From Steroidobacteraceae bacterium (GTDB lineage Bacteria > Pseudomonadota > Gammaproteobacteria > Steroidobacterales > Steroidobacteraceae): 43,936 bases of DNA. The notes beneath the pieces are model-generated. The model ran no database searches. It had not been told where the DNA came from and saw only the letters and a program-made list of their open reading frames with translations. A program made the position numbers and the translations under genes. Below, piece after piece: positions 32,179 through 42,549 of the stretch; within the stretch, counting starts at the first letter, position 1, and every line of letters starts with the position of its first letter. The DNA is taken from positions 1-43,936 of the forward strand of contig JBMTZJ010000001.1 in assembly GCA_049455515.1 (NCBI GenBank). Reading direction: 5' to 3'.

Positions 32179-33626
32179 GACGTCTTTCCTTTGCTGAGAT
32201 TCGATTCGGCGACGCTGGCGATCGTAGCCGGTTGTCCGTGCTGGCGGATGAGCACCTTGCGACGGAAGAAGCGCAGGTAACCGGCCGGACCCATACGTGA
32301 TCCGCCGAGACCCGACAGCTTGAACGAGTGCTTTTCCATTTCGTGGCATAGCGCCGTGAGCGAGCCGTCGTTGAGACTGATACCGCCCGCATCGATCTGT
32401 CGACCGACGGCTTCGGCTTCCTCGAGCGTACCGGCGATCACACCCGCCGAGAGCCCGTAGACGCCCTCGTTCGCAAGCCGTATCGCCTCCTCGATCTGAT
32501 CGAAGGGCATGACCGGAATGACCGGACCAAAGGTCTCCTCGGTCATGACGCTCATGCGGTGATCGACGTCGACGAGCACCGTAGGCCGCAGCCACTTACC
32601 GCCATGGTCTTCGATCTGGCCACCACACAGCACGCGCGCACCCTTTGAAAGAGCATCGGCGATCTGCGCGGCAACGACTTCGGCCTGCTTGCCGAAGATG
32701 AAGGGACCGATCGTGCCTTGATGGATATCGGGCCAGTTGGGTTCGACGACTTTCGCTTTCTCGACGAGCCGCGCTACGAACGGTTCAAAGATTTTCCGGT
32801 CGACGTACACCCGTTCGATACTCTGGCAAGCCTGGCCGGTGGCGAGACAGCTCGAGCGCAGCGCTACATCGGTCGCGCGCTCGAGATCCGCTGAGGCGGT
32901 CACGATGAGCGGATCGTTACCCCCCAATTCGAGGAAAGCGGGAATGAAGTGTCGCGCGGCGTTCGCAGCGACGAGTCGACCGGTCGCGACACTACCCGTG
33001 AAACACACGACATCGACACTTTCGACGAGCTGCTCGCCGGTCTGCCGGCCGCCGGGCTGCAGATGCAGCACTTCGGCGAGCTCCGGCACGGCCGCAATCG
33101 AGGCCAAGGCCGGCTTCACGAATCGCGGTGTGACCTCGCTCGGCTTGATGAATACAGCGCAGCCGGCGAGCAAAGCGGGTATGGCGTCGATGAAACACAG
33201 CGTCGCCGGGAAATTCCATGGGCTGATGATGCCGACGAGCTCATAGGGCACATACTGCGAGCGGTAGGAAATATTGGGCAAACTCGCCGAGCGCGCCTCT
33301 TCTTCGACCGCGAGCGAGGGCGCAAGTGCGGTCCATCGATCGATCATGCCCGCGACCGTCGTCACCTCGCTGGTCGCGATCAAATGGCGGCCCGTATCCT
33401 CTGCCAAGGCGCCGACGATCTCGTCCTGTCTCGAGACCCATTCCTTTCGCCAGCGACGAAGGATGTCGATGCGCTCCTCGAGAGGACGTCTTCGCCACCG
33501 CGTCTGCGCAGCGCGCAGCGCACGCAGCCGTCCGGCCAGCTCGTCAGACGTCGGCGCATCGAATGCGAAATCGACATGTCCGCTGCGGGGGTTGCGCACC
33601 TCGATGCGCTCGACGGTCCTGCTCAT
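32175..33626 (-). CDS. NAD(P)-dependent aldehyde dehydrogenase family protein
   Basis: The internal Met of track ORF 32175..33764 starts MSRTVERIEVRNPRSG, giving 483 aa. Motifs present are ISPWNFP, the catalytic Glu in FLELGGNDP, the catalytic Cys in GQACQSIER, and EETFGPV. Confidence 0.88.
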   Translation of the reverse strand: MSRTVERIEVRNPRSGHVDFAFDAPTSDELAGRLRALRAAQTRWRRRPLEERIDILRRWRKEWVSRQDEIVGALAEDTGRHLIATSEVTTVAGMIDRWTALAPSLAVEEEARSASLPNISYRSQYVPYELVGIISPWNFPATLCFIDAIPALLAGCAVFIKPSEVTPRFVKPALASIAAVPELAEVLHLQPGGRQTGEQLVESVDVVCFTGSVATGRLVAANAARHFIPAFLELGGNDPLIVTASADLERATDVALRSSCLATGQACQSIERVYVDRKIFEPFVARLVEKAKVVEPNWPDIHQGTIGPFIFGKQAEVVAAQIADALSKGARVLCGGQIEDHGGKWLRPTVLVDVDHRMSVMTEETFGPVIPVMPFDQIEEAIRLANEGVYGLSAGVIAGTLEEAEAVGRQIDAGGISLNDGSLTALCHEMEKHSFKLSGLGGSRMGPAGYLRFFRRKVLIRQHGQPATIASVAESNLSKGKTS

Positions 33627-33630
33627 GCGA

Positions 33631-34074
33631 CTATCTTGCGCCGTCAACGCGCTGCTGCAAAGTGCGGATGAAGGGCAGGTCCGCTTCGAGGATATCTTCG
33701 TGAGCCAAGTCCTCGACGGGAACCCAGCGCAGTGCCTGCCCATCGAGCGATTGCGGTGTGCCACCCCACGCCTCGACGACGTAAAACAGCAACTCGACTT
33801 CCCGATCGGGATACGCGTGAACCAGTGTCATCTCGAACTGGCATCGTTGTACGTCGATGCCGAGCTCCTCGCGAAGTTCGCGGCGCAGCGCTGTCTCGGG
33901 CGACTCGCCTGCGGCGATCTTGCCCCCTGGAAACTCCCAGCGCCCTGCCATGTGCTTGCCCGCAGGTCGTGCCGCAATGAGCACGCGATGATCCGCGTCG
34001 AGGAGTGCAGCAGCGACGACGACGATACGCGGGTTTGACGTGGATCCGCTCAGGACTCGAGCGCGCCGTGGCAC
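33631..34074 (-). CDS. mutT: 8-oxo-dGTP diphosphatase MutT (Nudix hydrolase)
   Basis: The Nudix box [30 protein letters not shown] is present, and the gene lies directly after secA, as in E. coli. No ATG precedes the conserved core. Candidate starts are GTG at 34072-34074 and TTG at 34105-34107, and both overlap the secA 3' end (secA stop at 34050-34052). Confidence 0.82.
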   Translation of the reverse strand: MPRRARVLSGSTSNPRIVVVAAALLDADHRVLIAARPAGKHMAGRWEFPGGKIAAGESPETALRRELREELGIDVQRCQFEMTLVHAYPDREVELLFYVVEAWGGTPQSLDGQALRWVPVEDLAHEDILEADLPFIRTLQQRVDGAR

Positions 34075-36824
34075 TGTTTGTATTTGCGACCCGAGCCGCA
34101 GGGGCAAGGCTCGTTACGACCAACCTTGCGCTCGCCGCGAACCTGCGTCCCCGTCGCAGGACGTTCTGCGGCGGCCGCCTCGTTCGCTTCGGGCTCGTTA
34201 CTACCGAGGACCGATTGCGCCTCGGCATGCTGGGCTTGCAACGCTGCCAGTAGTTTTCTTTGACGCTCTTCTTCTTCGCGCTGCAGATCGGCTTCGCTAC
34301 GTACCTCGATACGCGCGAGCAGCGAGGCGGTATCGAACTTGACGCGATCGAGCATGTTGCTGAACAACTCGTACGCCTCGCGCCGATACTCATAGCGGTA
34401 GTCTTTCTGCGCGTAGCTACGCAGATGAATGCCCTGGCGCAGGTAGTCCATGGCGGCCAGATGCTCTCTCCAATGCTGATCGAGGGTGCGCAACATGACG
34501 TCTTTCTCGAGATACTGCATGAGCTCGGCGCCATAACGCTGCGACTTCTCGTCGTACCGCTTGGCGACAGCCTCGAGCACGCGTGATCGCAGCGTCACTT
34601 CGTCGAGCTCGGGCTCTGCTTCGAGCCAGGCGCGCGGATCGATATCGGTCTGGAAGTCCTTGCGTAAACCGTCGCGCAGGCTCTCGAGGTCCCAATCCTC
34701 ATGCGGAACGTTCCGCAGCAGATACTCATCGAGCAGCCGGCCGACCACGTCCGCCTGAATGCCACGAATGGCCGGCGAGAGGTCGGTGGCGCCCATGATC
34801 TCGGTGCGTTGCTGATAGATGACTTTTCTTTGATCGTTTGCGACGTCGTCGAACAGCAGCAATTGCTTACGGATGTCGAAGTTGTGCGACTCGACCTTGC
34901 GCTGCGCCACTTCGATACGGCGGCTGAGCATACGACTCTCGATGACCTCGCCTTCCTTCATGCCCGCGGCCGAGAGCAGCCGCTTGGTGAAGTTCGGATC
35001 ACCGAAGATGCGCATCAGATTGTCTTCCATCGACAAATAGAAGCGCGAGGAGCCGGGGTCACCTTGACGACCGGAGCGGCCGCGCAGCTGGTTGTCGATA
35101 CGCCGCGACTCGTGTCGCTCGGTACCGATGATGTGCAGACCACCCGCCGCGAGCACCTGATCGTGACGCTGCTGCCACGCGGCGCGAACCGCGGCACGCT
35201 GCTCGTCGGTCGCGTCGGGCGGCAAGGCATGAAGCTCGGACTCGAGGCTTCCGCCGAGCACGATATCGGTTCCGCGACCGGCCATGTTGGTGGCAATCGT
35301 CACGGCGCCAGGGCGACCGGCTTGCGCGACGATTTGCGCCTCTCGTTCGTGCTGCTTGGCGTTCAGCACCTCGTGGGCGATCCCTTCTTTTTTGAGCACA
35401 CCGGAGATGAGCTCCGACGCCTCGATGGAGGTTGTGCCGACGAGCACCGGCTGCTGCTTCGCGACGCACTCGCGGATGTCCTCGACGATGGCCTTGAATT
35501 TATCGGCCTGAGTGAGATGCACGAGATCCGCCATATCTTTGCGGATCATCGGGCGGTGCGTCGGAATGACGTTGACCTCGAGGTTGTAGATTTGCAGGAA
35601 CTCGGGCGCTTCGGTATCGGCCGTACCCGTCATGCCGGAGAGCTTGCGATAGATACGGAAGTAATTCTGGAACGTGATCGAGGCGATCGTCTGATTCTCT
35701 TCGCGAACCTTCACGCCCTCTTTGGCCTCGACCGCCTGGTGTAGGCCGTCGGACCAGCGACGCCCCGGCATCGTACGGCCGGTGAACTCGTCGACGATGA
35801 TCACTTCGCCGCCACGTACGATGTACTCGACGTCGCGCTTGTAGAGCGCATGGGCTCGCAGCGCCGCATTGAGGTGGTGCATGAGGCGAATGTTCGAGGG
35901 ATCGTAAAGACTCTCGCCCTCGCGCAGCATCCCCGCCTCGATCATGAGCGCTTCGACCTTCTCATGGCCGGCTTCGGTCAAATGAACTTGTCGCTGCTTC
36001 TCGTCGACCATGTAGTCGCCGGCGGGCTCTGGCTCCGACTCACCCGACAGCATATTTCCCGTGCGCGGCGGCGGACCCTCGGCCCGCTCGAGTCGGGGCA
36101 CGAGCTTGTTGATCGCGAGGTAGGTGTCGGTGCTCTCCTCGGCGGGGCCCGAGATGATGAGCGGTGTGCGCGCCTCATCGATGAGGATGGAGTCGACTTC
36201 GTCGACGATGGCGTACGCGAGCGAACGCTGCACGCGATCCTCGAGACGGAACGCGAGATTGTCACGCAGGTAGTCGAAGCCGAATTCGTTGTTGGTGCCG
36301 TAGGTGATGTCGCAACCGTAGGCCTCACGTTTTTCGGCGGCGGGTTGCTGCCCACGGATGACACCGACCGTCAGACCGAGGAAACGATAAACCGGGCCCA
36401 TCCACTCGGCATCGCGCTGAGCGAGGTATTCGTTGACGGTGACGACGTGAACGCCCTCGCCCGTGAGCGCATTGAGATAGGCGGGTAGCGTGGCGACCAA
36501 GGTCTTGCCTTCACCGGTGCGCATTTCGGCAATGCGTCCTCGGTGCAGGGCGATACCCCCCATGAACTGGACGTCGAAATGACGGAGACCGAGCGTACGG
36601 GAGGCCGCCTCGCGCACCACCGCAAACGCCTCGGGCAGCAAGGCATCGAGCCGCTCGCCGGCGGTCAAACGCCCGCGAAACTCATCGGTCTTCGCACGAA
36701 GTTGTTCGTCTGTCAGCGCCTTGAGGGCAGGCTCGAAGGCGTTGGCGGCACGGACCTCGCGGGCCATGACCTTGACCATCCGCTCGTTGCGGCTACCGAA
36801 AATACGCTGGAGGAAATTGAGCAC
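34050..36824 (-). CDS. secA: Preprotein translocase ATPase SecA
   Basis: The 924-aa ORF begins [16 protein letters not shown], has the Walker A region [20 protein letters not shown], and ends in the zinc-binding tail [14 protein letters not shown]. The start codon is GTG (36822-36824). Confidence 0.98.
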   Translation of the reverse strand: MLNFLQRIFGSRNERMVKVMAREVRAANAFEPALKALTDEQLRAKTDEFRGRLTAGERLDALLPEAFAVVREAASRTLGLRHFDVQFMGGIALHRGRIAEMRTGEGKTLVATLPAYLNALTGEGVHVVTVNEYLAQRDAEWMGPVYRFLGLTVGVIRGQQPAAEKREAYGCDITYGTNNEFGFDYLRDNLAFRLEDRVQRSLAYAIVDEVDSILIDEARTPLIISGPAEESTDTYLAINKLVPRLERAEGPPPRTGNMLSGESEPEPAGDYMVDEKQRQVHLTEAGHEKVEALMIEAGMLREGESLYDPSNIRLMHHLNAALRAHALYKRDVEYIVRGGEVIIVDEFTGRTMPGRRWSDGLHQAVEAKEGVKVREENQTIASITFQNYFRIYRKLSGMTGTADTEAPEFLQIYNLEVNVIPTHRPMIRKDMADLVHLTQADKFKAIVEDIRECVAKQQPVLVGTTSIEASELISGVLKKEGIAHEVLNAKQHEREAQIVAQAGRPGAVTIATNMAGRGTDIVLGGSLESELHALPPDATDEQRAAVRAAWQQRHDQVLAAGGLHIIGTERHESRRIDNQLRGRSGRQGDPGSSRFYLSMEDNLMRIFGDPNFTKRLLSAAGMKEGEVIESRMLSRRIEVAQRKVESHNFDIRKQLLLFDDVANDQRKVIYQQRTEIMGATDLSPAIRGIQADVVGRLLDEYLLRNVPHEDWDLESLRDGLRKDFQTDIDPRAWLEAEPELDEVTLRSRVLEAVAKRYDEKSQRYGAELMQYLEKDVMLRTLDQHWREHLAAMDYLRQGIHLRSYAQKDYRYEYRREAYELFSNMLDRVKFDTASLLARIEVRSEADLQREEEERQRKLLAALQAQHAEAQSVLGSNEPEANEAAAAERPATGTQVRGERKVGRNEPCPCGSGRKYKQCHGALES

Positions 36825-36895
36825 CCGGGAGACCCCTGGACGAACGTCGGCTAAAAGTCCGACATTTTACGTGGTTGGGGTCCTGCCGGTCGAAT

Positions 36896-37798
36896 TCAAC
36901 CCCCGAGATAGGAGAGCGGGTTCACAGGAGCCCCGTTTCTGAGGACTTCGAAGTGCACGTGCGGTCCGGTGGACCGTCCGGTCGAGCCCATCACGGCCAG
37001 CTGCTGACCTCGGGACACCACATCACCCGGGCGAACCAAAACTCGGGCGTTATGCGCATAACGCGTGATGTAGCCGTCTCCATGGGTCACGTCGACGACG
37101 TAACCGTAATCCGGACGATACCCGGCAAATGTGACCACGCCCGCACCGACCGCGATGATTTTGTCGCCCGACTCACCGGCAAAGTCGATGCCGCGATGAA
37201 AGTTGAACTCTCCCGACACCGGATCTTGTCGATGACCGAAGCCCGACGACAGAAAGCCGCGCTCAACGGGTCGACCCTCGGGAACAATCTGCTTGCGCAG
37301 CTCGCGCTGCAGGATGATTTGCTCGAGCACGTTGAGCTGGGCATCGCGTCGAACGAGTCGCGATTCGAAGTCGTCGATCATCGCCGAGAGCTCCGGTGCC
37401 TCGACGGGCAGACCTGCCGCGGCTTCCGGACCTCCCGCCGAAGGCGCGAGCGAGAAATCGAATTCGCGCGAATCGACGTTGGCCATTTCGGCGAGGCGCT
37501 TGCCGAGTGCATCGAGTCGAATGACGTGCGCATTGAGTTGCCCCACGCGAGCCGACATTGCGTCGATGCGCTCCTGGAGTCGTGATCGCAGTTCGTCGAG
37601 GTCGGTGTGTTCGGTCGAACCTAACCCGGCGAGTAGCGACGATTCGCTTGGCGCGCGGCCTGCAGCGGTGAAGCCTGCGAGGAAGGCCATGCCAAGCAGC
37701 GTGCAGAGTACGAGCGAGCCGATCCCGACCACCCAGCGCCCCGGGAGATCGACACTCCAAACCTGTGCGGCGCGCTGTCGAAGCACGACGAACTTCAT
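36896..37798 (-). CDS. M23 family metallopeptidase (membrane-anchored, LytM-type)
   Basis: The ORF carries the motifs HRGIDFAG and GRSTGPHVHFEV and an N-terminal transmembrane segment WVVGIGSLVLCTLLGMAFLAGF. I start at ATG 37796-37798 (MKFVVLRQ), which is preceded by GAGGGGGGAA. The track ORF start at 37831 is 11 codons further upstream. Confidence 0.85.
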   Translation of the reverse strand: MKFVVLRQRAAQVWSVDLPGRWVVGIGSLVLCTLLGMAFLAGFTAAGRAPSESSLLAGLGSTEHTDLDELRSRLQERIDAMSARVGQLNAHVIRLDALGKRLAEMANVDSREFDFSLAPSAGGPEAAAGLPVEAPELSAMIDDFESRLVRRDAQLNVLEQIILQRELRKQIVPEGRPVERGFLSSGFGHRQDPVSGEFNFHRGIDFAGESGDKIIAVGAGVVTFAGYRPDYGYVVDVTHGDGYITRYAHNARVLVRPGDVVSRGQQLAVMGSTGRSTGPHVHFEVLRNGAPVNPLSYLGG

Positions 37799-37854
37799 CG
37801 TTTCCCCCCTCGCTCGGAATGCCGATGACATAATCGGCCCGGAATTGCCCGACT

Positions 37855-38253
37855 ATGCCCAAACCACCCCATCGCCTCAACCCGAAATCTCCCAAACTGG
37901 GGCGATCTTCGGCCACCACCACGTCCCCGATGAGGGGCGGTAAACCCCGGGAAATCAGCGACTTGCTATCCCGCTCGGGGCTCGCCCAAGCGGCCAAAAA
38001 ATTCACGAATCAGCAACATGATTGGCGGGATTTTTTTGCGGAGAAGCTCGAACCCGCCCTGCTCGAGGCCATCGTCCACTATGTCGAGCGCGACGGCACC
38101 CTCACGCTACAAGCGAGTTCGGCTGCATGGGCGGCTCGACTGCGTTTTGCACTGCCCACCTTCAGCGAACAGGCGAAAGCCTTTCGGCCGACGGTCAAAA
38201 AAATCGTGGTGAAGGTTCAGCCCGTCGCTGCCAAAACGGGCGCGCGTACGTAA
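37855..38253 (+). CDS. DUF721-like protein (possible DciA-type helicase operator), tentative
   Basis: The 132-aa ORF has the core [65 protein letters not shown]. From memory this resembles DUF721 (strand-helix pattern ending in an I-x-V-K-V segment). Its position between lpxC and secA matches the Pseudomonas-type layout. An alternative start is ATG 37930. I recognised the family by eye only. Confidence 0.5.
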   Translation: MPKPPHRLNPKSPKLGRSSATTTSPMRGGKPREISDLLSRSGLAQAAKKFTNQQHDWRDFFAEKLEPALLEAIVHYVERDGTLTLQASSAAWAARLRFALPTFSEQAKAFRPTVKKIVVKVQPVAAKTGART

Positions 38254-39140
38254 GAAATCGGCGCATCCTCGGGACGCTCGAAGACGATCGCCTCCCAAGC
38301 CGACTCGTCCGCGAGCAAGGTGCGCAACAAGCGGTTGTTGAGACCATGACCCGACTTGTACGCCGAGAACTCGCCGATCAGGCTGTGACCGAGCAGGTAT
38401 AGATCGCCGATCGCATCGAGAATCTTGTGCTTGACGAACTCGTCCTCGTAGCGAAGACCGCCCTCGTTGAGCACCTTCGAATCGTCGAGAACGATCGCGT
38501 TGTCGAGGTTGCCGCCAAGGGCCAGATTGCGAGCCCGCATCGACTCGAGGTCGCGCATGAAACCGAAAGTTCGCGCGCGACTGATTTCTTTGAGGAACGA
38601 GGTCGTGGAGAAATCCATGCTCGCACGCTGCCCGTGCCGCTTGAAGATCGGATGGTTGAATTCGATCTCGAAGTTCACTTTGAAACCGTCGAAGGGATCG
38701 AAGCGCGCCCACTTGTCGCCATCCTCGACCTTGACGGATTTGCGAATTCGAACGAAACGCTTCGGCGTGCGCTGCTGTTCGAGCCCGGCCGACTGCAGCA
38801 AAAAAACGAACGGTCCCGCACTGCCATCCATGATGGGCACCTCGGGTCCGGTGATCTCGACGAGCGCGTTGTCGATACCGAGCCCCGCAAACGCCGAGAG
38901 CAGATGCTCGACCGTGGAGACGCGTACCTCATCCTTCACGAGCGACGTGCCGAGCGTGGTTTCGCCCACGTTGCCCGCGCGCGCCGGAATGTCGACGGGG
39001 ACCGACAGATCGGTGCGCCGAAAGACGATGCCGGTATCCGGTGCTGCCGGACGGATGGTCATGAGAATGCGCTTACCGGTGTGCAGCCCCACCCCGCTTG
39101 CGCGAATGACGTTCTTTAATGTGCGTTGGCCGACCATCAT
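38217..39140 (-). CDS. lpxC: UDP-3-O-acyl-N-acetylglucosamine deacetylase
   Basis: The 307-aa ORF begins [32 protein letters not shown] and contains [16 protein letters not shown] and [14 protein letters not shown]. It lies downstream of ftsZ, as in E. coli. Tandem ATGs occur at 39138-39140 and 39135-39137. Confidence 0.96.
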   Translation of the reverse strand: MMVGQRTLKNVIRASGVGLHTGKRILMTIRPAAPDTGIVFRRTDLSVPVDIPARAGNVGETTLGTSLVKDEVRVSTVEHLLSAFAGLGIDNALVEITGPEVPIMDGSAGPFVFLLQSAGLEQQRTPKRFVRIRKSVKVEDGDKWARFDPFDGFKVNFEIEFNHPIFKRHGQRASMDFSTTSFLKEISRARTFGFMRDLESMRARNLALGGNLDNAIVLDDSKVLNEGGLRYEDEFVKHKILDAIGDLYLLGHSLIGEFSAYKSGHGLNNRLLRTLLADESAWEAIVFERPEDAPISYVRAPVLAATG

Positions 39141-39152
39141 GTCCCCCGACCG

Positions 39153-39188
39153 CCCCGGGGCATGCCGCTCGGCGGCGGCATGCCGGGG
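39153..39188. other. GC-rich interrupted inverted repeat (hairpin) between the ftsZ stop and the lpxC ribosome-binding site
   Basis: The sequence ccccgg(gg)catgccgc-tcgg-c-gcggcatgccgggg gives 6 + 8 complementary base pairs with a 2-nt bulge and a short loop. It ends 12 nt upstream of the lpxC ATG, immediately 5' of the GGGGGA Shine-Dalgarno sequence. Confidence 0.6.
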
Positions 39189-39225
39189 AAGTCATCGAAG
39201 GTCGCGAGTGTACCCCAACCGCCGA

Positions 39226-40428
39226 TCAGTCGGCCTGACGACGCAGGAACGCGGGGATATCGAGGATGTCCTCAGTCCCTTCGGGCTCGTGCCGCAGGCC
39301 ATCGCCCGCCGCAGCCTTGAGACGCTCGTATGCGGGAACATCGAGCTTGCTGTAGTCCGAGGAGACGACCACCGGTCGACGGCCGACGCGCGGCGCATCG
39401 AAGGCTGCGCGGGCCGGCGCAGCACGAACGGCACTCGGCGCCGATGCACGGGTCGACGCCATCTGGGCCTGCGAGCGCGCGAGGCCCGTCGCCACCACCG
39501 TCACGCGTAACTCGTCGGTGAGCGACGGATCGATCACCGTACCCACGACGACCGTGGCGTCTTCGGAAGCGAACTCCTTGACGATGTTGCCGACCTGCTC
39601 GAACTCACCGATACCGAGATCGAGACCCGCCGTCACGTTGACGAGAATGCCGCGTGCACCGGAGAGATTGACGTCCTCGAGGAGCGGTGAGGATACGGCC
39701 ATCTCGGCGGCGACACGCGCACGATCTTCACCGCTCGCATGGCCCGAACCCATCATCGCCATGCCGGTCTCGCTCATGACAGTGCGGACGTCGGCGAAGT
39801 CGACGTTGATCAGACCCGGGCGCGTGATGAGTTCGGCGATGCCCTGTACCGCGCCTTGCAACACACCGTTGGCGCTCTTGAAGGCGTCGAGGAGCGTCGT
39901 CTTCGGTCCGAGCACCGTCAGCAGCTTCTGGTTCGGAATGGTGATGAGCGAATCGACGTGCTTGGCGAGCTCATTCATTCCCTGATCGGCAACGATGGAG
40001 CGCTTGTTGCCTTCCATGATGAACGGGCGCGTGACGACCGCGACCGTGAGGATGCCGAGTTCCTTGGCGATCTGCGCAACGACCGGCGCCGCACCCGTAC
40101 CCGTGCCGCCGCCCATACCTGCGGTGATGAAGAGCATGTCGCAACCGTTGATCAGCTCGATGATGCGATCGCGATCTTCCATGGCGGCCTGGCGACCGAC
40201 GTCGGGATTTGCACCCGCACCCAGACCCTTGGTGATGTTGGTGCCGATTTGCAGCGAAGTCTTCACGTTGGAATTCTTCAAGGCCTGCGCATCGGTATTG
40301 ATGCACATGAAATCCACGCCCTCGATGCCGGTCTGCACCATATGCGATACGGCGTTGCCGCCGCCACCGCCCACCCCCAGCACTTTGATCACCGCGCTCT
40401 GGCTGTAAGAGTCCATGAGTTCAAACAT
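39226..40428 (-). CDS. ftsZ: Cell division protein FtsZ
   Basis: The 400-aa ORF begins MFELMDSYSQSAVIKVLGVGGGGGNAV and carries the tubulin signature GGGTGTGAAPVVA. The C-terminal peptide is DIPAFLRRQAD. Confidence 0.98.
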   Translation of the reverse strand: MFELMDSYSQSAVIKVLGVGGGGGNAVSHMVQTGIEGVDFMCINTDAQALKNSNVKTSLQIGTNITKGLGAGANPDVGRQAAMEDRDRIIELINGCDMLFITAGMGGGTGTGAAPVVAQIAKELGILTVAVVTRPFIMEGNKRSIVADQGMNELAKHVDSLITIPNQKLLTVLGPKTTLLDAFKSANGVLQGAVQGIAELITRPGLINVDFADVRTVMSETGMAMMGSGHASGEDRARVAAEMAVSSPLLEDVNLSGARGILVNVTAGLDLGIGEFEQVGNIVKEFASEDATVVVGTVIDPSLTDELRVTVVATGLARSQAQMASTRASAPSAVRAAPARAAFDAPRVGRRPVVVSSDYSKLDVPAYERLKAAAGDGLRHEPEGTEDILDIPAFLRRQAD

Positions 40429-40475
40429 TGCACGTCGCTCCTGTAGTCGAAGTTGTCAAAATAAAAAAATCGAAA

Positions 40476-41714
40476 TCAAAAATTGCCCTGGAACCAATCT
40501 CGCATCCGCTCCACCATGCTTCTGGCATTTCCCGCGATAGCCCGCGTGCGCGACCCGCGCGGCACGAGATGATCGCGGCCGTAAAGCAGTAACCCCACAC
40601 CCGTCGAATGAATCGGATTGCTCGTGACGTCGGCGAGACCCCGCACACCGACCGGCATGCCAAGACGCACCGGCACATGGAAGACTTCCTCGGCGAGCTC
40701 GATCGCCCCTTCCATTTTGGCGCTGCCGCCCGTGAGCACGATGCCCGCCGCGATCACTTCCTCGAAGCCGCTGCGTCGTAACTCTTCACGAATGAGACCG
40801 AAAAGTTCTTCGTAACGCGGCTCGACGATCTCGGCGAGAGTCTGTCGTGCAAGTCGACGCGCCGGTCGATCGCCGACGCTCGGCACCTCGATGGTCTCAT
40901 CGGGGTTTGCGAGCTGGGAGAGCGCACAGGCATAGCGCAGCTTGATCTCCTCGGCGTTCTGAGTCGGGGTGCGCATCGATACGGCGATGTCGTTGGTCAC
41001 CTGATCCCCCGCGATCGGGATGACGGCCGTATGACGGATCGCGCCGTGAGAAAACACCGCGATATCGGTCGTGCCACCGCCGATGTCCACGAGACAGACC
41101 CCGAGATCTTTTTCGTCCTCGGTCAGTACGGCATAGCTCGAGGCGAGCTGCTCGAGCACCACATCGTCGACGTCGAGCCCGCATCGCTGAATGCACTTCT
41201 CGATGTTCTGGGCTGCGCTGTCCGCGCCGGTCACGATGTGTACCTTGGCTTCGAGACGCACACCCGACATCCCGACGGGATCACGGATACCTTCCTGACC
41301 GTCGATGATGAATTCCTGCGGCAAGACATGGAGGATCTTTTGATCCGCCGGGATCGCGACGGCTTTCGCCGCATCGATCACATGCTCGACATCGGCGATC
41401 TGCACTTCCTTGTCGCGAATCGCGACGACACCGTGCGAGTTGAGGCTGCGCACATGACTACCGGCGATGCCGGCGAACACCGAGTGTATTTCGCAACCGG
41501 CCATGAGCTCAGCTTCTTCCACGGCACGCTGTATCGATTGCACCGTCGACTCGATATTGACGACGACACCACGCTTGAGTCCGCGCGACGGCTGCGAACC
41601 GATGCCGATGATCTCGATGCTGTTGTCGGGTGCGATCTCACCCACCAGCGCCACCACCTTGGAGGTGCCGATGTCGAGCCCGACGATGAGTTGTCTTTCT
41701 GGTTTTTTCGCCAT
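40476..41714 (-). CDS. ftsA: Cell division protein FtsA
   Basis: The internal Met of track ORF 40476..41993 starts MAKKPERQLIVGLDIGTSKVVALVGE. The product is a 412-aa actin-like ATPase. ATG is at 41712-41714. Confidence 0.96.
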   Translation of the reverse strand: MAKKPERQLIVGLDIGTSKVVALVGEIAPDNSIEIIGIGSQPSRGLKRGVVVNIESTVQSIQRAVEEAELMAGCEIHSVFAGIAGSHVRSLNSHGVVAIRDKEVQIADVEHVIDAAKAVAIPADQKILHVLPQEFIIDGQEGIRDPVGMSGVRLEAKVHIVTGADSAAQNIEKCIQRCGLDVDDVVLEQLASSYAVLTEDEKDLGVCLVDIGGGTTDIAVFSHGAIRHTAVIPIAGDQVTNDIAVSMRTPTQNAEEIKLRYACALSQLANPDETIEVPSVGDRPARRLARQTLAEIVEPRYEELFGLIREELRRSGFEEVIAAGIVLTGGSAKMEGAIELAEEVFHVPVRLGMPVGVRGLADVTSNPIHSTGVGLLLYGRDHLVPRGSRTRAIAGNARSMVERMRDWFQGNF

Positions 41715-41730
41715 AGTCCTTATCCGTCCC

Positions 41731-42534
41731 TCAACCTTCCGGGGCTTCGTCGAATTCGTCGACGGCCGCCACCTTGGTGCTGCCGCGCCAGCCCACTGAA
41801 AATCCGTTCGTGTAGCGCATGTCCACGTAATTGATCTCGGCCGATCGCTGCACCACGATGCGCAGAGCCGCAGCCACAAATCGCTCGAAGCGCTCATCGA
41901 CCTGTCGTCGTCCGAGCCGAACGCGCACACCGTTATCGAGATCGATCTCCCAAGCCCCGCGCGCATCGAGTCGAAGCGCGGCGATGCGGACACCGCCTTC
42001 GACGAGGCGACCCTGAATGGCGAGATAACGCTTGGCGACGAGCGTCTCGGCGCCCTTGGGACCCGAAAGTCGCGGCAGCTCGGGCGGAATGAATCGCGCC
42101 TCTGACAAGAAGAGTTCGCCTCGATCGTTCAGCAAGCCATTGGCACCCCAGCGCGCCGCCGCCACCTGCTCGATCACGCGAACCTGCAACCCCCGAGGCC
42201 AGGCGCGACCGACACTCGCCGTATCGACCCAGGGCAAGGCCTCGATGGCGCGCTGCAGGGTCTCGAGGTCGACGGTGACGAGTCCCGCATCGTGAATGCG
42301 ATCGCGAACAGCCTGCTCGACATCCATGGGCGAGACTCGCTGGAATCGCCCCTCGACGACCACACGATCGATCGGCTGGTCGAGCGCCGACACGATCAAC
42401 CAAAGAAATGCAGCGACCGCAGCGAACCCCGACATGCCGTAGGTGAGCCGGCGCCAGTCGATCTCGGGCATCTCCCACGACGCCTTCTCGGATCGGCGGC
42501 GGTTACGGGCTTTTCGATTTGCAAACAGACCCAT
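41731..42534 (-). CDS. ftsQ: Cell division protein FtsQ
   Basis: The 267-aa ORF has a basic N-terminus, a single transmembrane segment (GFAAVAAFLWLIVSAL) and a POTRA-like region RVVVEGRFQRVSPMDVEQAV. It sits between ddl and ftsA. Confidence 0.9.
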   Translation of the reverse strand: MGLFANRKARNRRRSEKASWEMPEIDWRRLTYGMSGFAAVAAFLWLIVSALDQPIDRVVVEGRFQRVSPMDVEQAVRDRIHDAGLVTVDLETLQRAIEALPWVDTASVGRAWPRGLQVRVIEQVAAARWGANGLLNDRGELFLSEARFIPPELPRLSGPKGAETLVAKRYLAIQGRLVEGGVRIAALRLDARGAWEIDLDNGVRVRLGRRQVDERFERFVAAALRIVVQRSAEINYVDMRYTNGFSVGWRGSTKVAAVDEFDEAPEG

Positions 42535-42549
42535 GCGACGCTCCTGCCC

